From positions 14,074,001-14,138,000 of the forward strand of contig OZ024747.1 of assembly GCA_964016885.1 (NCBI GenBank): 64,000 nucleotides of DNA, written 5' to 3'. Under the pieces are notes generated by a model, which ran no database searches, was not told the DNA's origin, and saw only the letters and a list, made by a program, of their open reading frames with translations. Below are positions 45,912-62,533 of the stretch, one piece after another (the stretch's first letter is position 1; the number at the start of each line of letters is the position of its first letter). This DNA is from Eledone cirrhosa. Taxonomy: Eukaryota. Position numbers and translations under genes: made by a program.

Positions 45912-46484
45912 ATAATTGTTTCTACTTTAGGCACCAGGCCCGCAATTACCCAGTGCATGACTGGTACTTTGTTTTATCGACCCCGTAAGGATGAAAGGCA
46001 AAGTTAGATAATTGTTTCTACTTTAGGCACAAGGCCAGCAAAATACCCAGTGCATTACTGGTACTTTATTTTATCGACCCCGTAAGGATGAAAGGCAAAG
46101 TTAGATAATTGTTTCTACTTTAGGCACAAGGCCAGCAAATACCCAGTGCATTACTGGTACTTTATTTTATCGACTCCGTAAGGATGAAAGGCAAAGTTAG
46201 ATAATTGTTTCTACTTTAGGCACAAGGCCAGCAATTACCCAGTGCATTACTGGTACTTTATTTTATCGACTCCGTAAGGATGAAAGGCAAAGTTAGATAA
46301 TTGTTTCTACTTTAGGCACCAGGCCAGCAATTACCCAGTGCATTACTGGTACTTTATTTTATCGACCCCGTAAGGATGAAAGGCAAAGTTAACCTCGGCG
46401 GGATTTGAACTCAGAATGGAAAGGGCCGTAACTCTATGCTTCAAAGCCTGTCGTCCGACCCTCTACCGATACTGCCAATCCACC
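45912..46484 (-). mobile_element. tRNA SINE with five tandem copies of its ~96-bp 3' half
   Basis: Units start at 45912, 46008, 46105, 46201 and 46297. A single tRNA head lies at ~46390-46484. Confidence 0.9.
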
Positions 46485-46644
46485 CATTCTCTATGCAACT
46501 AACAGGAAGATTTACCACTTCCCTTTTGAGTAACAGGTTCAGTCCATTTAACAGCCTTCCGTCTATCCAAATTCACTCGCAAGGTTTGACTCAACTCCAG
46601 CATATGATAAATAGCGCTTGCCCAGAATTTCACGCAATGGGGTT

Positions 46645-47321
46645 TAGGCAACCACGTCACCTTTTTGTTCAACACTGACACAGGAACGATGTACTAGTTT
46701 CAAGCTTATTAGCTATCGTCAGTATCGTATACCTTCCTGCCAGATGGTTGAACGTCTGAAAGTGTATATTTTCCTTATGCATATTAACGGCTGAGCAGCG
46801 TAATTTGCATATCGAGTGAGTTCAGTCGGCCGGGCGCACCGAAAACGATAAATGGAATAAAATGAAACGAAATTTCATTTCTCACTCTTAGTACGGCACT
46901 TACTTAAATGTAAGTATGTATGTATGTATGTATGTATGTATGTATGTATGTATGTATGTATGTATGTATGTATGTATGTATGTATGTATGTATGTATGTA
47001 TGTATGTATGTATGCATAAGGAAAGTATATACTTTCAGACGTTCAACCATCTGGCAGGAAGGCATACGCTGCTGACGATAGCTAATAAGCTTGAAACTAG
47101 TACATCGTTCCTGTGTCAGTGTTGAACAAAAAGGTGACGTGGTCGCCTACACACTGTACGGCATAATTCGGGCTGTTTGTTTGTTTACAAACAAACAAAC
47201 CGAGCATTATAATAAATGTTCAGTAAACCGATACGTGCATATATATATATGTGTGCATGTATGTATCTATATACATACTACTGTACGTCTGTATACATAT
47301 ATGTATGTACGTATACATACA

Positions 47322-47325
<4 letters not shown>
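46645..47325. mobile_element. Family G element with two divergent hammerheads, 46686-46728 (-) and 47066-47108 (+)
   Basis: Both read CTGACGA tagct aata agct t GAAA ctag TA catcgt. They are separated by tail sequence and a (TATG)n tract. Confidence 0.8.
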
Positions 47326-47406
<81 letters not shown>

Positions 47407-47535
47407 CATATACGCATATATATGCATATATATGCATATATGTATATATACATATATATATATATGTATATATGCATATATATGAATGTATATATGTATA
47501 TATGCATTTATATATATATATACATATATATATAC

Positions 47536-47594
<59 letters not shown>

Positions 47595-47596
47595 CC

Positions 47597-48037
47597 ATGA
47601 TATTAAATAAATGGAAACTATATTTATAAAACCATATTTATTTTATTATATATATTTCAAGGGCAGCCAAGCCAAGCTTGGTGCGCTTTCATCAGATAAA
47701 ATACAAAGTTTATTTCATAAATAAAGACGTACCCATGAAAATAATACTTTATCGGTCGGAAATTTACTGGATAGTGAATTTCCGACCGATAAGGTATGAT
47801 TCTCATGGGTACGTCCTTATTTATAAAACAAACTTTGTATTTTATCTGATGAAAGCGCACCAAGGTTGGCTTGGCTGCCCTTAAAATATATATAATAAAA
47901 TAAATATGGTTTTATAAATATAGTTTCCATTTATTTAATATCATTGAATATTTACTCCAGTAAACTGTTGAGTGCTCTAAATCAGTTATAAACATTTACG
48001 TTTGTCGGAATTCCAACAAATGAAATACAACTTCTAC
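47597..48037 (+). mobile_element. Family A fold-back element: 348-bp imperfect palindrome plus tail
   Basis: Arms 47597-47768 and 47773-47944, which explains the mirrored ORFs at 47657 and 47678. Flanked by (TA)n and (CA)n. Confidence 0.85.
47639..47703 (-). ncRNA. Type I hammerhead ribozyme (family A); the plus-strand mirror at 47838-47902 has GAAA>AAAA
   Basis: tattttat CTGATGA aag-cgca-ccaag...cttgg-ctgc-cctt GAAA tatata TA ataaaata. Confidence 0.8.
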
Positions 48038-48062
48038 ACACACACACCAACACACACACACA

Positions 48063-48128
<66 letters not shown>

Positions 48129-48485
48129 TATATATACATATATATATATATACATATAAATAATTATATATGTATGTATATATATATATTTATATATATA
48201 TATATATATATATGCATATATACATACACGCACATACATACACATATATACACGTTTGTGCACATGTGTGTAATAAATTTAGATATATATCTGCTTAAAT
48301 CTTTCTCTTGCCCCTATGCACTCATGTGTGTATATATGAATGTATATGCGTATATATGTATATATATATATACACACATACACACGCTCACACACACCCA
48401 TATATATGTGTGTGTGGGGGTGTGTGTGAATGAGTGTGTGTGCCTATATGTTCGTGTATGTAAGTGTGTATATGTATGTACGTGT

Positions 48486-48518
<33 letters not shown>

Positions 48519-48907
48519 CACATACACGGAAATTAATACACATTTCTTTCTCGTTGCTTCCATCTTGTTTCTCCCCTTCCTCTCTCTCTCACATCCTATT
48601 TCCTCTCTCAGTTCTTCTCTATCTCCCTCCCTCTCTCTCGTCTCCTCTTTGAATCTTTCATGCATTATTATTGCAGCAAATGAAAGAAATCGTCGTCATC
48701 ATTACCACCCTTCTTCTTCTTCTTCTTCTTCTTCTTCTTCTTCTTCTTCTTCTTCTTCTTCTTCTTCTTCTTCTTCTTCTTCTTCTTCTTCTCCTCCTCC
48801 TCCTCCTCCTCCTCCTCCTCCTCCTAACACTATACATATCTAAAAATGAAATCTACATTTTTTTCTGCTTTAAACATTTTCCCCAATTTCTAATGATGCA
48901 TTATATG

Positions 48908-49026
<119 letters not shown>

Positions 49027-49042
49027 TTTATATATATATATG

Positions 49043-49598
<556 letters not shown>

Positions 49599-49785
49599 CG
49601 AAGGAAATGTGGTAAGGAACCAGGTGGACCATAACGCACCAAAGTACTCAATACTTAGGGTAGTAGAGTGGGTAATAGGAACCAGTAAGACCCCGACGGC
49701 TGAGCTCAAGCCGGTTCGACGGCTAATTCAGTCCAGAATTAGCCGTCGAAACGGCTTGAGCTCAGCCGTCGGGGTCTTACTGGTT

Positions 49786-49827
<42 letters not shown>

Positions 49828-50316
49828 TATTCATGAGCAAAAACATACACATACATGTATGACCTAATGCGTATATTCGTATCTCTATATAAATAGGCAT
49901 ATATTTCTCTCTCTCTCTCTTTCTCTCTCTCTGCCTCTCTCTCTCTCCCTATATATATATATATATAGTTGTATAGATTGTTTTAATTGCAAAGAAATAC
50001 ATATTTAGCGTACTTTATCAAAACGGATTGATTTCTGCCACGGCTTTTCTTTTCCCTCTTGTAAAACAACCTATCAACCCTAATTCTCACAAAAAAACAC
50101 TGATGAACTTAATTGCTTTCATATATACAGATACTGAAATTATAATTCAATTATTTTCTTCAAAACCTTCTATTAAATCCTTATGTTCCATTAACTCACA
50201 ATATGTATGTAGGTTTGTTTGTTTTGTATGTATTTATGTAAGATTGTATATGAAAGTGTGTACGTATGTGTGTGTGTATGTATGTGCGTACGTATGTATG
50301 TACGTTTGTATATATA

Positions 50317-50352
<36 letters not shown>

Positions 50353-50576
50353 TGTATGTATGTATGTATGTATGTATGTATGTATGTATGTACGTATGTA
50401 TTGCAGGTGGGCGGTAAAGAGGAAGATAGGTTATTGCATGCACATACGCGGATGCGTACACACACACACACACACACACACACTCGCAGTTATATATAAA
50501 TGTATGTACAGAAACATATGTTTGTGTTGTGTATGTGTGAATATGTGTTTACATAAATATGAAAAGCTGAGTATAA

Positions 50577-50607
<31 letters not shown>

Positions 50608-50624
50608 CATACACACATATATAT

Positions 50625-50715
<91 letters not shown>

Positions 50716-52294
50716 CACACATATATATACATATATATATATATACATATATATATATAACATATATATATATATATATATATACATACATATATACATA
50801 TACAATCATGTATACACACACACACACATGATATATAACTTTGAGATTGAAATTTAGGTGATCTAGGGTAAAAGCGTTTATGAATAAGAATGTTTAACAC
50901 ACACACACACACACACACACGCACGCACAGATACACACACACACACATATACGCACATACACGCACACACACATACACGCACACACACATTGCTATATAT
51001 ATATAACAACATACATATAAAGGAACATTGATTGACATAACCTTTACTGTTACAATCAGTATAAATATGTTGGTTGTTGGCTTTATTCCTATAGAAGTGC
51101 TTGTGTGTCAGTTTGCAGGTACATTTTTCTGGCCCAGGCTCAAGGCAGACATGATTGAGCAGATTTATGATCAAAGGCTTTCCCTCCCTGACCATCGCAT
51201 TTCATGTTTTAAAGCGGTCAATTGGCAGAATAATTAAAATGTAAATAAATTGCCTTGCTGTAATTATTCCGATTCTCTGCGTCCCACGTTCAAATCCCAC
51301 CAAGATCATCTTTGCCTTTTAATCATTCATGATCGATAAATAAAGTACCATACTGGTAGGATTGTTAACGCAACGGACAAGATACCTTCCCATATTTGTC
51401 CTGTCTCTTTGTGTTCTCAGTTCAATTACAGCTGTGGAATACTTGGGTGTTAGACACAATCCGTCGACCTGTTTAACACCAACACGTGACCCATTGGTGT
51501 CTAACACCAACATGTGACCAATGGGTGTCCTCATCTGTGTCCAGTTTGAGGTTACTAAGCTTCTCCAATTCAGACAGATTCGGATGTCTTGAAAACGATC
51601 ACGTGGACTGCCTTTTCAACTAAGTAAACAGTAAAAGCAAAGAAAATACAATCTCTAGAAATATATTAGATAACATAGAATACTTTATTAAAGACAGTAG
51701 GTTATGATTTTAGGAATAATTTGCTGTTAATTTTACCAGATCAAGAAACCACATAAAAGCTCCTTCATAGGCTCATGCAGGTTTGTTGTAATTGTTGCTG
51801 TTTAACCCCAGGTCAATCCTAATGAAAGATAGCTGATCTACGATTAAATGTATTCCAAGCTTGTCATAGAAATCCGGGACCGGAAAGTGGTCTGGGATTC
51901 GTATATCTAGATAACACAGGCTCGCATTGTCCACAGTCTAATTTTATTAGGTTCATGCTTTAGATGAAAGAGAGAAAAGATGTTCAACGTTTCGGACTTA
52001 AGCCCTTCGCAAGGAGAGTACAATTAGATAGATTATAAAATAAAAATAAATAGGAAAAGAGTGATATGTAAGTGTGTGTTTGTGCATTGATTTTAATTTT
52101 ATATATATATGTTTGCTTATGCATATATATATATATATTTATATCTGTATTTTTGACCGTTGGTCAGTCAATGATAAACATTGAGGACCAAATGAATTAT
52201 GAAAGATACAGAAACGAAAACCAACCAAACAGTGAGTGTGTTCTGTTATTATTTCTGGCAATATTATTACAAAAATATGACCCTCACCAAGTAT

Positions 52295-52379
<85 letters not shown>

Positions 52380-52425
52380 TATTCACACATAAGTTTGAAT
52401 AATCCCTAATATATTTCCACTACCC

Positions 52426-52685
52426 AGTGAATTTCCAACCGATAAGGTATGTTTTTCATGGGTACGTCTCTATTTATAAAACGAACTTTGTATTTTATCT
52501 GATGAAAGCGTGCCAATGTTGTCTTGGTTGAAATATATATAATAAAATAAATATAGTTTTATAAATATAGTTTCCATTTTTTAAAAATATCATTGAATAT
52601 TTACTCCAGTAACTTGTTGAGTGCTCTAAATTAGTTATAAACATTTATGTTTGTCGGAATTCCAACAAATAAAATACAACTTCTA

Positions 52686-52687
<2 letters not shown>
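52426..52687 (+). mobile_element. Single-arm family A element with hammerhead core (52491-52548, shortened stem II)
   Basis: Homologous to the right arm and tail of 47597-48037. Confidence 0.8.
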
Positions 52688-54420
<1,733 letters not shown>

Positions 54421-55187
54421 AAGTTATATCTGTAAAAATACCGCGACTACACCTTGTATAAATATATACACATATCTGATTTAGAGGCATATACACATGG
54501 CAGAAAATACGGATTTCCCTGTAAACTGAAAAAAATGATGAACATCTTTAATCGATTTTCTTATCTTATTGGACCTTCATCAAAAGATGTGTATGTCATA
54601 GAATCAACCTCCATGAAACATATTTGATGGGTACACCATACCTGCAAAAAACCTCTAAAAACCCAAACGGGAAGTACCATGAAAACAAGTGCCCTAAAAC
54701 GAATGAAAATGAGGCAAAATGGTGAGATTTTACATAATGAAAGTTGTATCCATTTTCACAAGGGAAGACATCTCTCATCCACCCCAAAGTGGGTGAGAGG
54801 TCTCCCCGTCGGATGGGGAGAGTTGACAGGCCTGGTATACGTACCTATTCACTCTTAGTATCATTCTGAAATGGACATACTAATTTGCATATAATTAGCG
54901 CTCTTGTTGATAATTAAATTAGATTTATAGTGAGAAGTGCGCTGACAGCTGAATTGTATGTTGTTATATCTGTATAGATACAAAGACTATAACCGAGACT
55001 GCACCAACGTGTATAAATATAATTGTCCTATTGTCCTATTACCTATCGAGTTCTTATCTGAACTTCTGAAAATTTATATTACACACAAAACTATCGAATA
55101 AAATATTGCATAAAATATTTAATAGATAATATGAAAAATTTCATCAAAAGAAAAAAAACCCCACGTATATATATATATATATATACA

Positions 55188-55365
<178 letters not shown>

Positions 55366-56481
55366 CACAGATATAGATTTAAACCTCCAAATAAATATCT
55401 TTCCTCATATATCACTGCAATTCTTCAAAGAGGATCTTTTTAAAGTATCAAATTTCGATGAAGTACCATTTTGTTCTAAAACGAAAAAGAAAGAAAAAAA
55501 TCAGCCGTAATAGTTTTGTCCAATCAGATAAGAGTCATATTTTGGATTCTATCGTGCAAAGAAATCCTCTTTACCATTATAGAAACACGCTATCATCGAA
55601 TAATTTAACACTCAGAAAAAAAAAAAAAAGATGTTTGCTTTTCAATTCGATAATTTTCATAATGATTCTTTTTTTTTTTTTCTAAAAGGACTTTTTAAAT
55701 ATTTTAATTAAATTATAAGGGTTTAATTAACAAGGTGGAAACATCTTTAACGAGAAATCACTTGCGATGATCTTGCTTTTTCCATAGGGGATTAAAGTAA
55801 ATTATAGGGAAACAACTGACGCAAACAAATCTTTGAAACAGTGTTGACTCCTAGTAGGGATAGTTAAGTATTTGAATCTTTAAATTTAAAATTATGAAAT
55901 TTTTTCATAGCAACTAGGTGATAAATGTTATTTCTTAATTGGTGGAACAACCTTGCGCAATATGATTTTTTTCCCATCGGGTAACGTAAAGTCTTAAAGA
56001 AGCTAAATTGTAAACTTCCGTTAAAATGAACTGAATAAGAAGAAATCTTTACAATCTCTGAGTTAATGTGTTCACTAAATAACAGAAGTAATAAACAACA
56101 ACATCAACAACATGAACATTAACAGCTGTAAGAAGCAAGACGGCAGAACGACAACAGCAATAAAAACAACTATAATTGTTTATACTTTTGGCACAAGACC
56201 AGTAATTACCCCTAGTGTATTACTGGTGCTTTATATTATCACCACCTTCAGTATGAAAGGCAAAGTTAACCTCGATGGGATTTGAACTCAGAATATAAAC
56301 ATAGCTCTATGCTGCAGTTATTAACGACAATAATGACTACATGATAAAGATTAAAAAGACGACAGCAATAACAACAACAATAACAACTATACTAAAGAAA
56401 GGGGTAAACAGACAATAGTTAATACCAACAACAAAAACAATAGCTGCAATAAATAAGTCGGTAATAGACAACAACAAGGCC

Positions 56482-56870
56482 ATTATTTTCATGGGAGGGC
56501 GGTGGATTGGCAGTATCGGTAGAGGGTCGGACGCCATGCTTTCCAGCATAGTTACGTCCCTTTACGATCTGAGTTCAAATCCTGCCGAGGTTGACTTTGT
56601 CTTTCATCCCTACGGGGTCGATAAAATAAAGTACCAGTAATGCACTGGGTAATTGCTGGCCTTGTGCCTAAAGTAGAAATAATTATTTTCATGGGAGGGG
56701 AAAGTCGATTAAATCGACACCAATGCATAACTGGTACTTCATTTTATCGACCTGGTAAGGATGAAAAGCAAAGTAAACCTCGGCGGGATTTGAACTCAGA
56801 TCATAAAGGGCCATAACTCTATGCTGCATATCATGGCGTCCGACTCTCTACCGATATTGCCAATCCACCA
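56482..56870. mobile_element. Plus-strand SINE inserted into the tail of a minus-strand copy of the same family
   Basis: 18-bp direct repeat attattttcatgggaggg at 56482-56499 and 56682-56699 flanks the plus copy. Confidence 0.8.
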
Positions 56871-57399
56871 ACACTAATAGCAACTGTAACAATCAAGGGA
56901 GTAATATGACAACAGCAACAACAAACACTGCAATTTCAATTGTAATAACACGGAGATTAAAATTGAAAAACTGGTACCCCGTCGGTTGCGGCAGCGAATG
57001 TTCCAGTTGATTCCATCAACGGAACATCCTACTCCTGAGGCTGAGTATTTCAAAGACATGCATACCCTTAACATAATTCTCAGGAAGATTCAGCATGACA
57101 TAGATTATGACAAGGCCAGTTTTTCGAATTATAGCAGCAACATATTTTTGCCAGCTGAGTGGACAATGAACTGCGTGAAATAAAGTTTCTTGCTCCAGAG
57201 CACAACATGGCACTAGGAATCGAACTCTTACGATCGTGATCCAAATACCTTAACCACGAGATTAAAATAACAACAGCTATAACAATAACAACAGCTACGA
57301 TTGTAATAGGAAGGTTGAAATGACAAGAAGAAGAACACCAACACCACTAACAACAACAACACCACTAACAACAACAACACCAACGATATCAATTGTAAT

Positions 57400-57708
57400 A
57401 AGTAGGAGATTAAAATAAAAACAGCAACAACAACAGCAGCAATAACAACAGCAACAGCAACAACAGCAGCAACATCAACAATACCAAAGGGTTAAAATGA
57501 CAACAGTAACAACAACAACAACAGCAACAACAGCAGCAACACCAACAATACCAAAGGGTTAAAATGACAACAGCAACAACAACAACAACAACAACAGCAG
57601 CAACACCAACAATACCAAAGGGTTAAAATGACAACAGCAACAACAACAACAGCAACAGCAACAACAGCAGCAACACCAACAATACCAAAGGGTTAAAATG
57701 ACAACAGC

Positions 57709-57739
<31 letters not shown>

Positions 57740-58322
57740 GCAACAACAGCAGCAACACCAATAATACCAAAGGGTTAAAATGACAACAGTAACAACAACA
57801 ACAACAACAGCAACAACAGCAGCAATACCAACAATACCAAAGGGTTAAAATGACAACAACAACAACAACAGCAACAACAGCAACACCAACAATACCAAAG
57901 GGTTAAAATGACAACAGCAACAACAACAACAACAACAACAGCAACAACAGCAGCAACACCAACAATACCAAAGGGTTAAAATAACAACAGCAACAACAAC
58001 AACAACAACAACAACAACAGCAACAACAGCAGCAACACCAATAATACCAAAGGGTTAAAATGACAACAGTAACAACAACAACAACAACAGCAACAACAGC
58101 AGCAATACCAACAATACCAAAGGGTTAAAATGACAACAACAACAACAACAGCAACAACAGCAACACCAACAATACCAAAGGGTTAAAATGACAACAGCAA
58201 CAACAACAACAACAACAGCAACAACAGCAGCAACACCAACAATACCAAAGGGTTAAAATGACAACAGCAACAATAATAACAACAGCAGCAGCAGCAGCAA
58301 CACCAACAGCAACAACAACAAT

Positions 58323-58365
<43 letters not shown>

Positions 58366-58430
58366 ACATCAACAACAGCAACAACAACACGAACAATACC
58401 AATTGTAATAAGCAGGAGGTTAAAATGACA
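57400..58430. repeat. Minisatellite: constant core aataccaaagggttaaaatgacaac separated by variable (CAA/CAG)n; 12 clear units
   Basis: Core recurs every ~58-82 bp. A segment from 57741 is repeated exactly 280 bp downstream. Confidence 0.9.
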
Positions 58431-58817
58431 TGTAGCTATTTCCTAAAGTTCATTGAGAGGGTTCTAGGAATACAGTTGTTTGATGTTCCCATTAAGACAT
58501 TATTCAGTAAGCTGGAGCATGTAATTTGATCTTACAACCCATGTGTTATTAATAGTATAAGTGAACCTGAATTAAATATTTACTTTAAATTCTTCCGTCA
58601 CTCACACATACTAGTTCGTTTAGATATACAAAAGCACACATATACACATATACATACATATATATATATGATATTTATGCTTAAATATTCATGTTGGTAT
58701 ATATATTTACACACTCACACACACACACACATATACATACATATATATATATATTTATACACACATATAATGAAATGACAGGAGGCTGGATTTGTGTAGA
58801 TCCTTGAAAGGTTTATT

Positions 58818-58875
58818 ATACTATGATCATTTCAATGACCGGGTTCCGTATGAATCCGGTGATATCATCAGGTAT
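58818..58875 (-). ncRNA. Type I hammerhead ribozyme (single-copy family in this window)
   Basis: atac CTGATGA t-atc-accggattc-atacg-gaacccggt-cat-t GAAA tgatca TA gtat. Confidence 0.75.
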
Positions 58876-60559
58876 TCGAAATATAATACGTGAATGTAAT
58901 AGGTAAAATCCATGGGGCTGAAAATCGAGACCCGAGGGCGACCGCTATTCTGTTCCTTCAACCTCAGCCGGTCGCGCTGGAGTGACGTGGCTAAATTTTA
59001 TAGTATGCTACTATTATACACACATATATATAGTTTAATGAAAGAGTAAGGAAAACAAAATGAGATAGTAATTAATCTATTGTTTTACGATTGATTCTAA
59101 GACCAAAATACCGTTGTGTAGACTAATCTATGGTAGGTATAGAATTCCATAGCTTCACCTTCAAAATGTCCATCTTCTCTGCTATACACTACGTCAAATT
59201 AGGAATCAATGAGTTACGGTCCTTTATGGTCTGAGTTCAAATCTCGCCGAGGTTAACTTTGCCCTTCCTCCTTACGGGGTCGATAAAATAAAGTACCAGT
59301 AGTGCACTGGGATAATTGCTGGCCTTGTGCCTAAATTAGAAATTATTACTAAGCAGGAAACTTCTGGCCCTTAAGGTTCAAACATAAACATATATACATT
59401 AGTTTCAAACATAAACATATATACATATAGATATATACAACACATTTTTATACTTCCTAATATTATAAGGATCTGTATGTTTTGTATTTCATCGTCCCAT
59501 TATATTTACCCTTTATATCGGATATATGCCACCCACCCAATCCAGGGTAGGTTGAAAGGGGTAGGCGGGGGTGTAATCAACGTCGTTATTTACTCTTGAC
59601 ACGAAATTTTTACATAGTATATAAATAAATATGCATGTATAAACATGTGCATATGCACTTGGCATTTGTAATGCGTTCAATCTATATAATATTTGAGTTT
59701 GTCTTGCTTTTCTCTGGGTGCAGAATTAGTTATTGAAAAGTAAAAAAAAATATACAAGAAACATTATTTGTAAAAAAAATATCAACCCCTAAAAAAATGA
59801 CAAATAACAAAAAACGAACAAAGAAACAAACAAATAAAAGCAGACGATAAACCAAATCAATCATCAAAAGCATTCATTGTTTGTCTTTGTATTTCGATCT
59901 ATGTATCAATCATATTCCTTTCTAGAGTTTGCTCCAAATTTTGTGGAATAAATTTGTCTTCTTCGTTTTTACTCTAGCAGAAATGACTAGTAAAAAGTTG
60001 TAAATCATTTTTTTGCAGGGTGAAGAGGTCGGAGGCCGCGGGTTGGGGAGGAGTTACAAATGGTGTGGTGGTTAGTAAGGGTGTGAAGTAGGTTTTGCTG
60101 TTTTGATGGTGGTGAGGGTGGTGGTGGTAGTAGTGGTGGTGGTGATGGTTGTGGTGGTGGTGGTGGAGTTGGGGCTGGTGCCATGTGTCAGCGACTGTCA
60201 AGAAAAAAAAATGAAGAGAATAAAAGAAAGTAAAACATTTATATGTATGTACGTACTTATATATATATGTGTGTGTATACATATATAAAGAATAGAGCAC
60301 AATATATAGGGATATAGGCAAAAAGTTGAATAAAAGACTGACTGACTGAACGAATAAACTAAGTAAATAATAGACAAATAAAATTATAGATAAATAAATT
60401 CAGAAGTAAATAAAAATAAATTTTTCATTATAAAACTCCCTACATAAATATTTGTATAACTCTGTATATAAATATTTTAGCACAAATGGTCTTATTCATG
60501 TAATATAATAGATGAAGGAGAAATGGACCTCCGTCGGTTTCGTCGATGAGTGTTGCAGT

Positions 60560-60833
60560 CAGGGACCTCGTTTGCCTTAAAAATGTGAGGAGGACAAACC
60601 AACATTTGTTGATTCTTAAAGGAGCATAAATTTCTTATGGTGCCTTTCCTGGACCCTATCACATAAGTAACATTTTACGCTAATTAAATTTTATATATTC
60701 AAATGAAGTTTAGATATAAAAAAAAATAAGCTTAAAAAGAATTTATTATATCAAAGAAACAAAAAATAAAATATAGACGTTTTAAAAAGTGAGGGGGACT
60801 TGTCCCCTGGTAACCCCTGAAACAAGGCCCTTG
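60560..60833. mobile_element. hAT-like MITE inserted in an older SINE tail
   Basis: Imperfect TIRs cagggacctcgtttg / gaaacaaggcccttg. Flanks resemble the SINE segment at ~19160-19265. Confidence 0.5.
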
Positions 60834-61188
60834 GTTTCCTACTCGTTAAATTAGCATATGTTATTGAGTATTCTACAGCCATGTATACCCATTATTTGAT
60901 TTCCAATAGAATTCGGCGTAAAAATCGTTTTTTTTTTCAATTACATATATAATCCACTCGAAGGGCTTCCACGAAGTTTCTGTCTACCTCATTTCATAAA
61001 AGTATAGGTCGATCTGAGGTTATAGTAAAGGACAATGGTCCAATATTCCACGGGGTGGGACCGAACATGTGGCCTCATAATTGTGAAACAAACTTCTTGG
61101 CCATTTGGCCATGCCCCGTCTCTATTGTAAACTAGAAAAAAATGTAATATAATAAAAAAAGATGAACAGGAAAAAATATTACACACAC

Positions 61189-61250
<62 letters not shown>

Positions 61251-61695
61251 GCACACACACACACATACACGCACTCACATACACAGATACATACACACAC
61301 ACACATACTCACACATACAAATACTCACGCGCACAAAAAACATATACACTCACACACATATTGACACAAAAACACCCACTCACACACATACACACCCACA
61401 CGCGCACACACACGCACACACATACTCACACACACACATATACACACACATATTCACACTCACATACACACTCACATACACACACACACACACCACACAT
61501 TCTAATCTAGTGGCAGATAAAGTGGTCAAGTGTCTCCATAGATAGTATGCTTATATTTATATATGAATGTATAAATAAATAGAATAAATATATTAATAAC
61601 TTCGTTATATTCACGAAACAACAAAGATAAGACAAAGAAAAAATAACTCATACAAAAAAAACAGAATTTGATAATATCAACCCTTGTATTATTGT

Positions 61696-62533
61696 GTACT
61701 GGGATAATTGCTGGCCTTGTGCCAAAAGTAGAACCAATTATTATTATTATTATTATTGGTGGATTGGTAGTATCGGTAGAGGGTCGGACACCATGCGTTG
61801 CAGCATAGAGTTACGCCCCTTTATGGTCTGAGTTCAAAACCCGCCGAGGTTAACTTTGCCTTTCATCCTTTCGGGTTCGATAAAATAAAGTACCAGTAAT
61901 GTACTGGGGTAATTGCTGGCATTGTGCCTAAAGTAGAAACAATTATTATGGCTGGAGGGCGAGGGATTGGCAGTATCGGTAGAAGGTCGGACGCCATGCC
62001 TTGCAGCATAGAGTTACGTCCCTTTACGGTCTGAGTTCAAATCCCGCCGAGGTTCACTTTGCCTTTCATCCTTACGGGGTCGATAAAATAAAGTACCAGT
62101 AATGCACTGGGGTAATTGCTGGCCTTTTGCCAATAATAGAAACAATTATTATTGGTGGATTGGCAACATCGGTAAAGGGTCGAACGCCATGCTTTGCAGC
62201 ATAGAGTTACGCCCCTTTGCGGTTTGAGTTCAGTTCCCGCCGAGGTTAACTTTGCTTTTCACCCTCACAGGTTCGATAAAATAAAGTACCAGTAATGTAC
62301 TGGGATAATTGCTGGCCTTGTGCCAAAAGTAGAACCAATTATTACTATTATTGGCAGTATCGGTAGAGCGTCGGACGCCATGCTTTGACGCATGGAGTTA
62401 CTGCCCTTTCCATTCTTAGTTCAAATCTCGCCGAGGTTAACTTTGCCTTTCATCCTTACGGAGTCGATAAAATAAAGTACCAGTAATGCACTGGCGTAAT
62501 TGCTGGCCTTGTTCCAAAAGTAGAAACAATTAT
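61696..62533 (+). mobile_element. Head-to-tail array of the abundant tRNA SINE (one partial and four nearly full copies)
   Basis: ~190-bp repeated units, each with A box, B box, central domain and short (ATT)n tail. Confidence 0.9.

Noticed and set aside
47657-47884. Pair of nearly identical ORFs on opposite strands
   Set aside because: A consequence of the DNA palindrome, not coding.
57400-58430. CRISPR-like repeat-spacer appearance
   Set aside because: Spacers are all (CAA/CAG)n rather than unique, there are no cas genes, and the context is eukaryotic.
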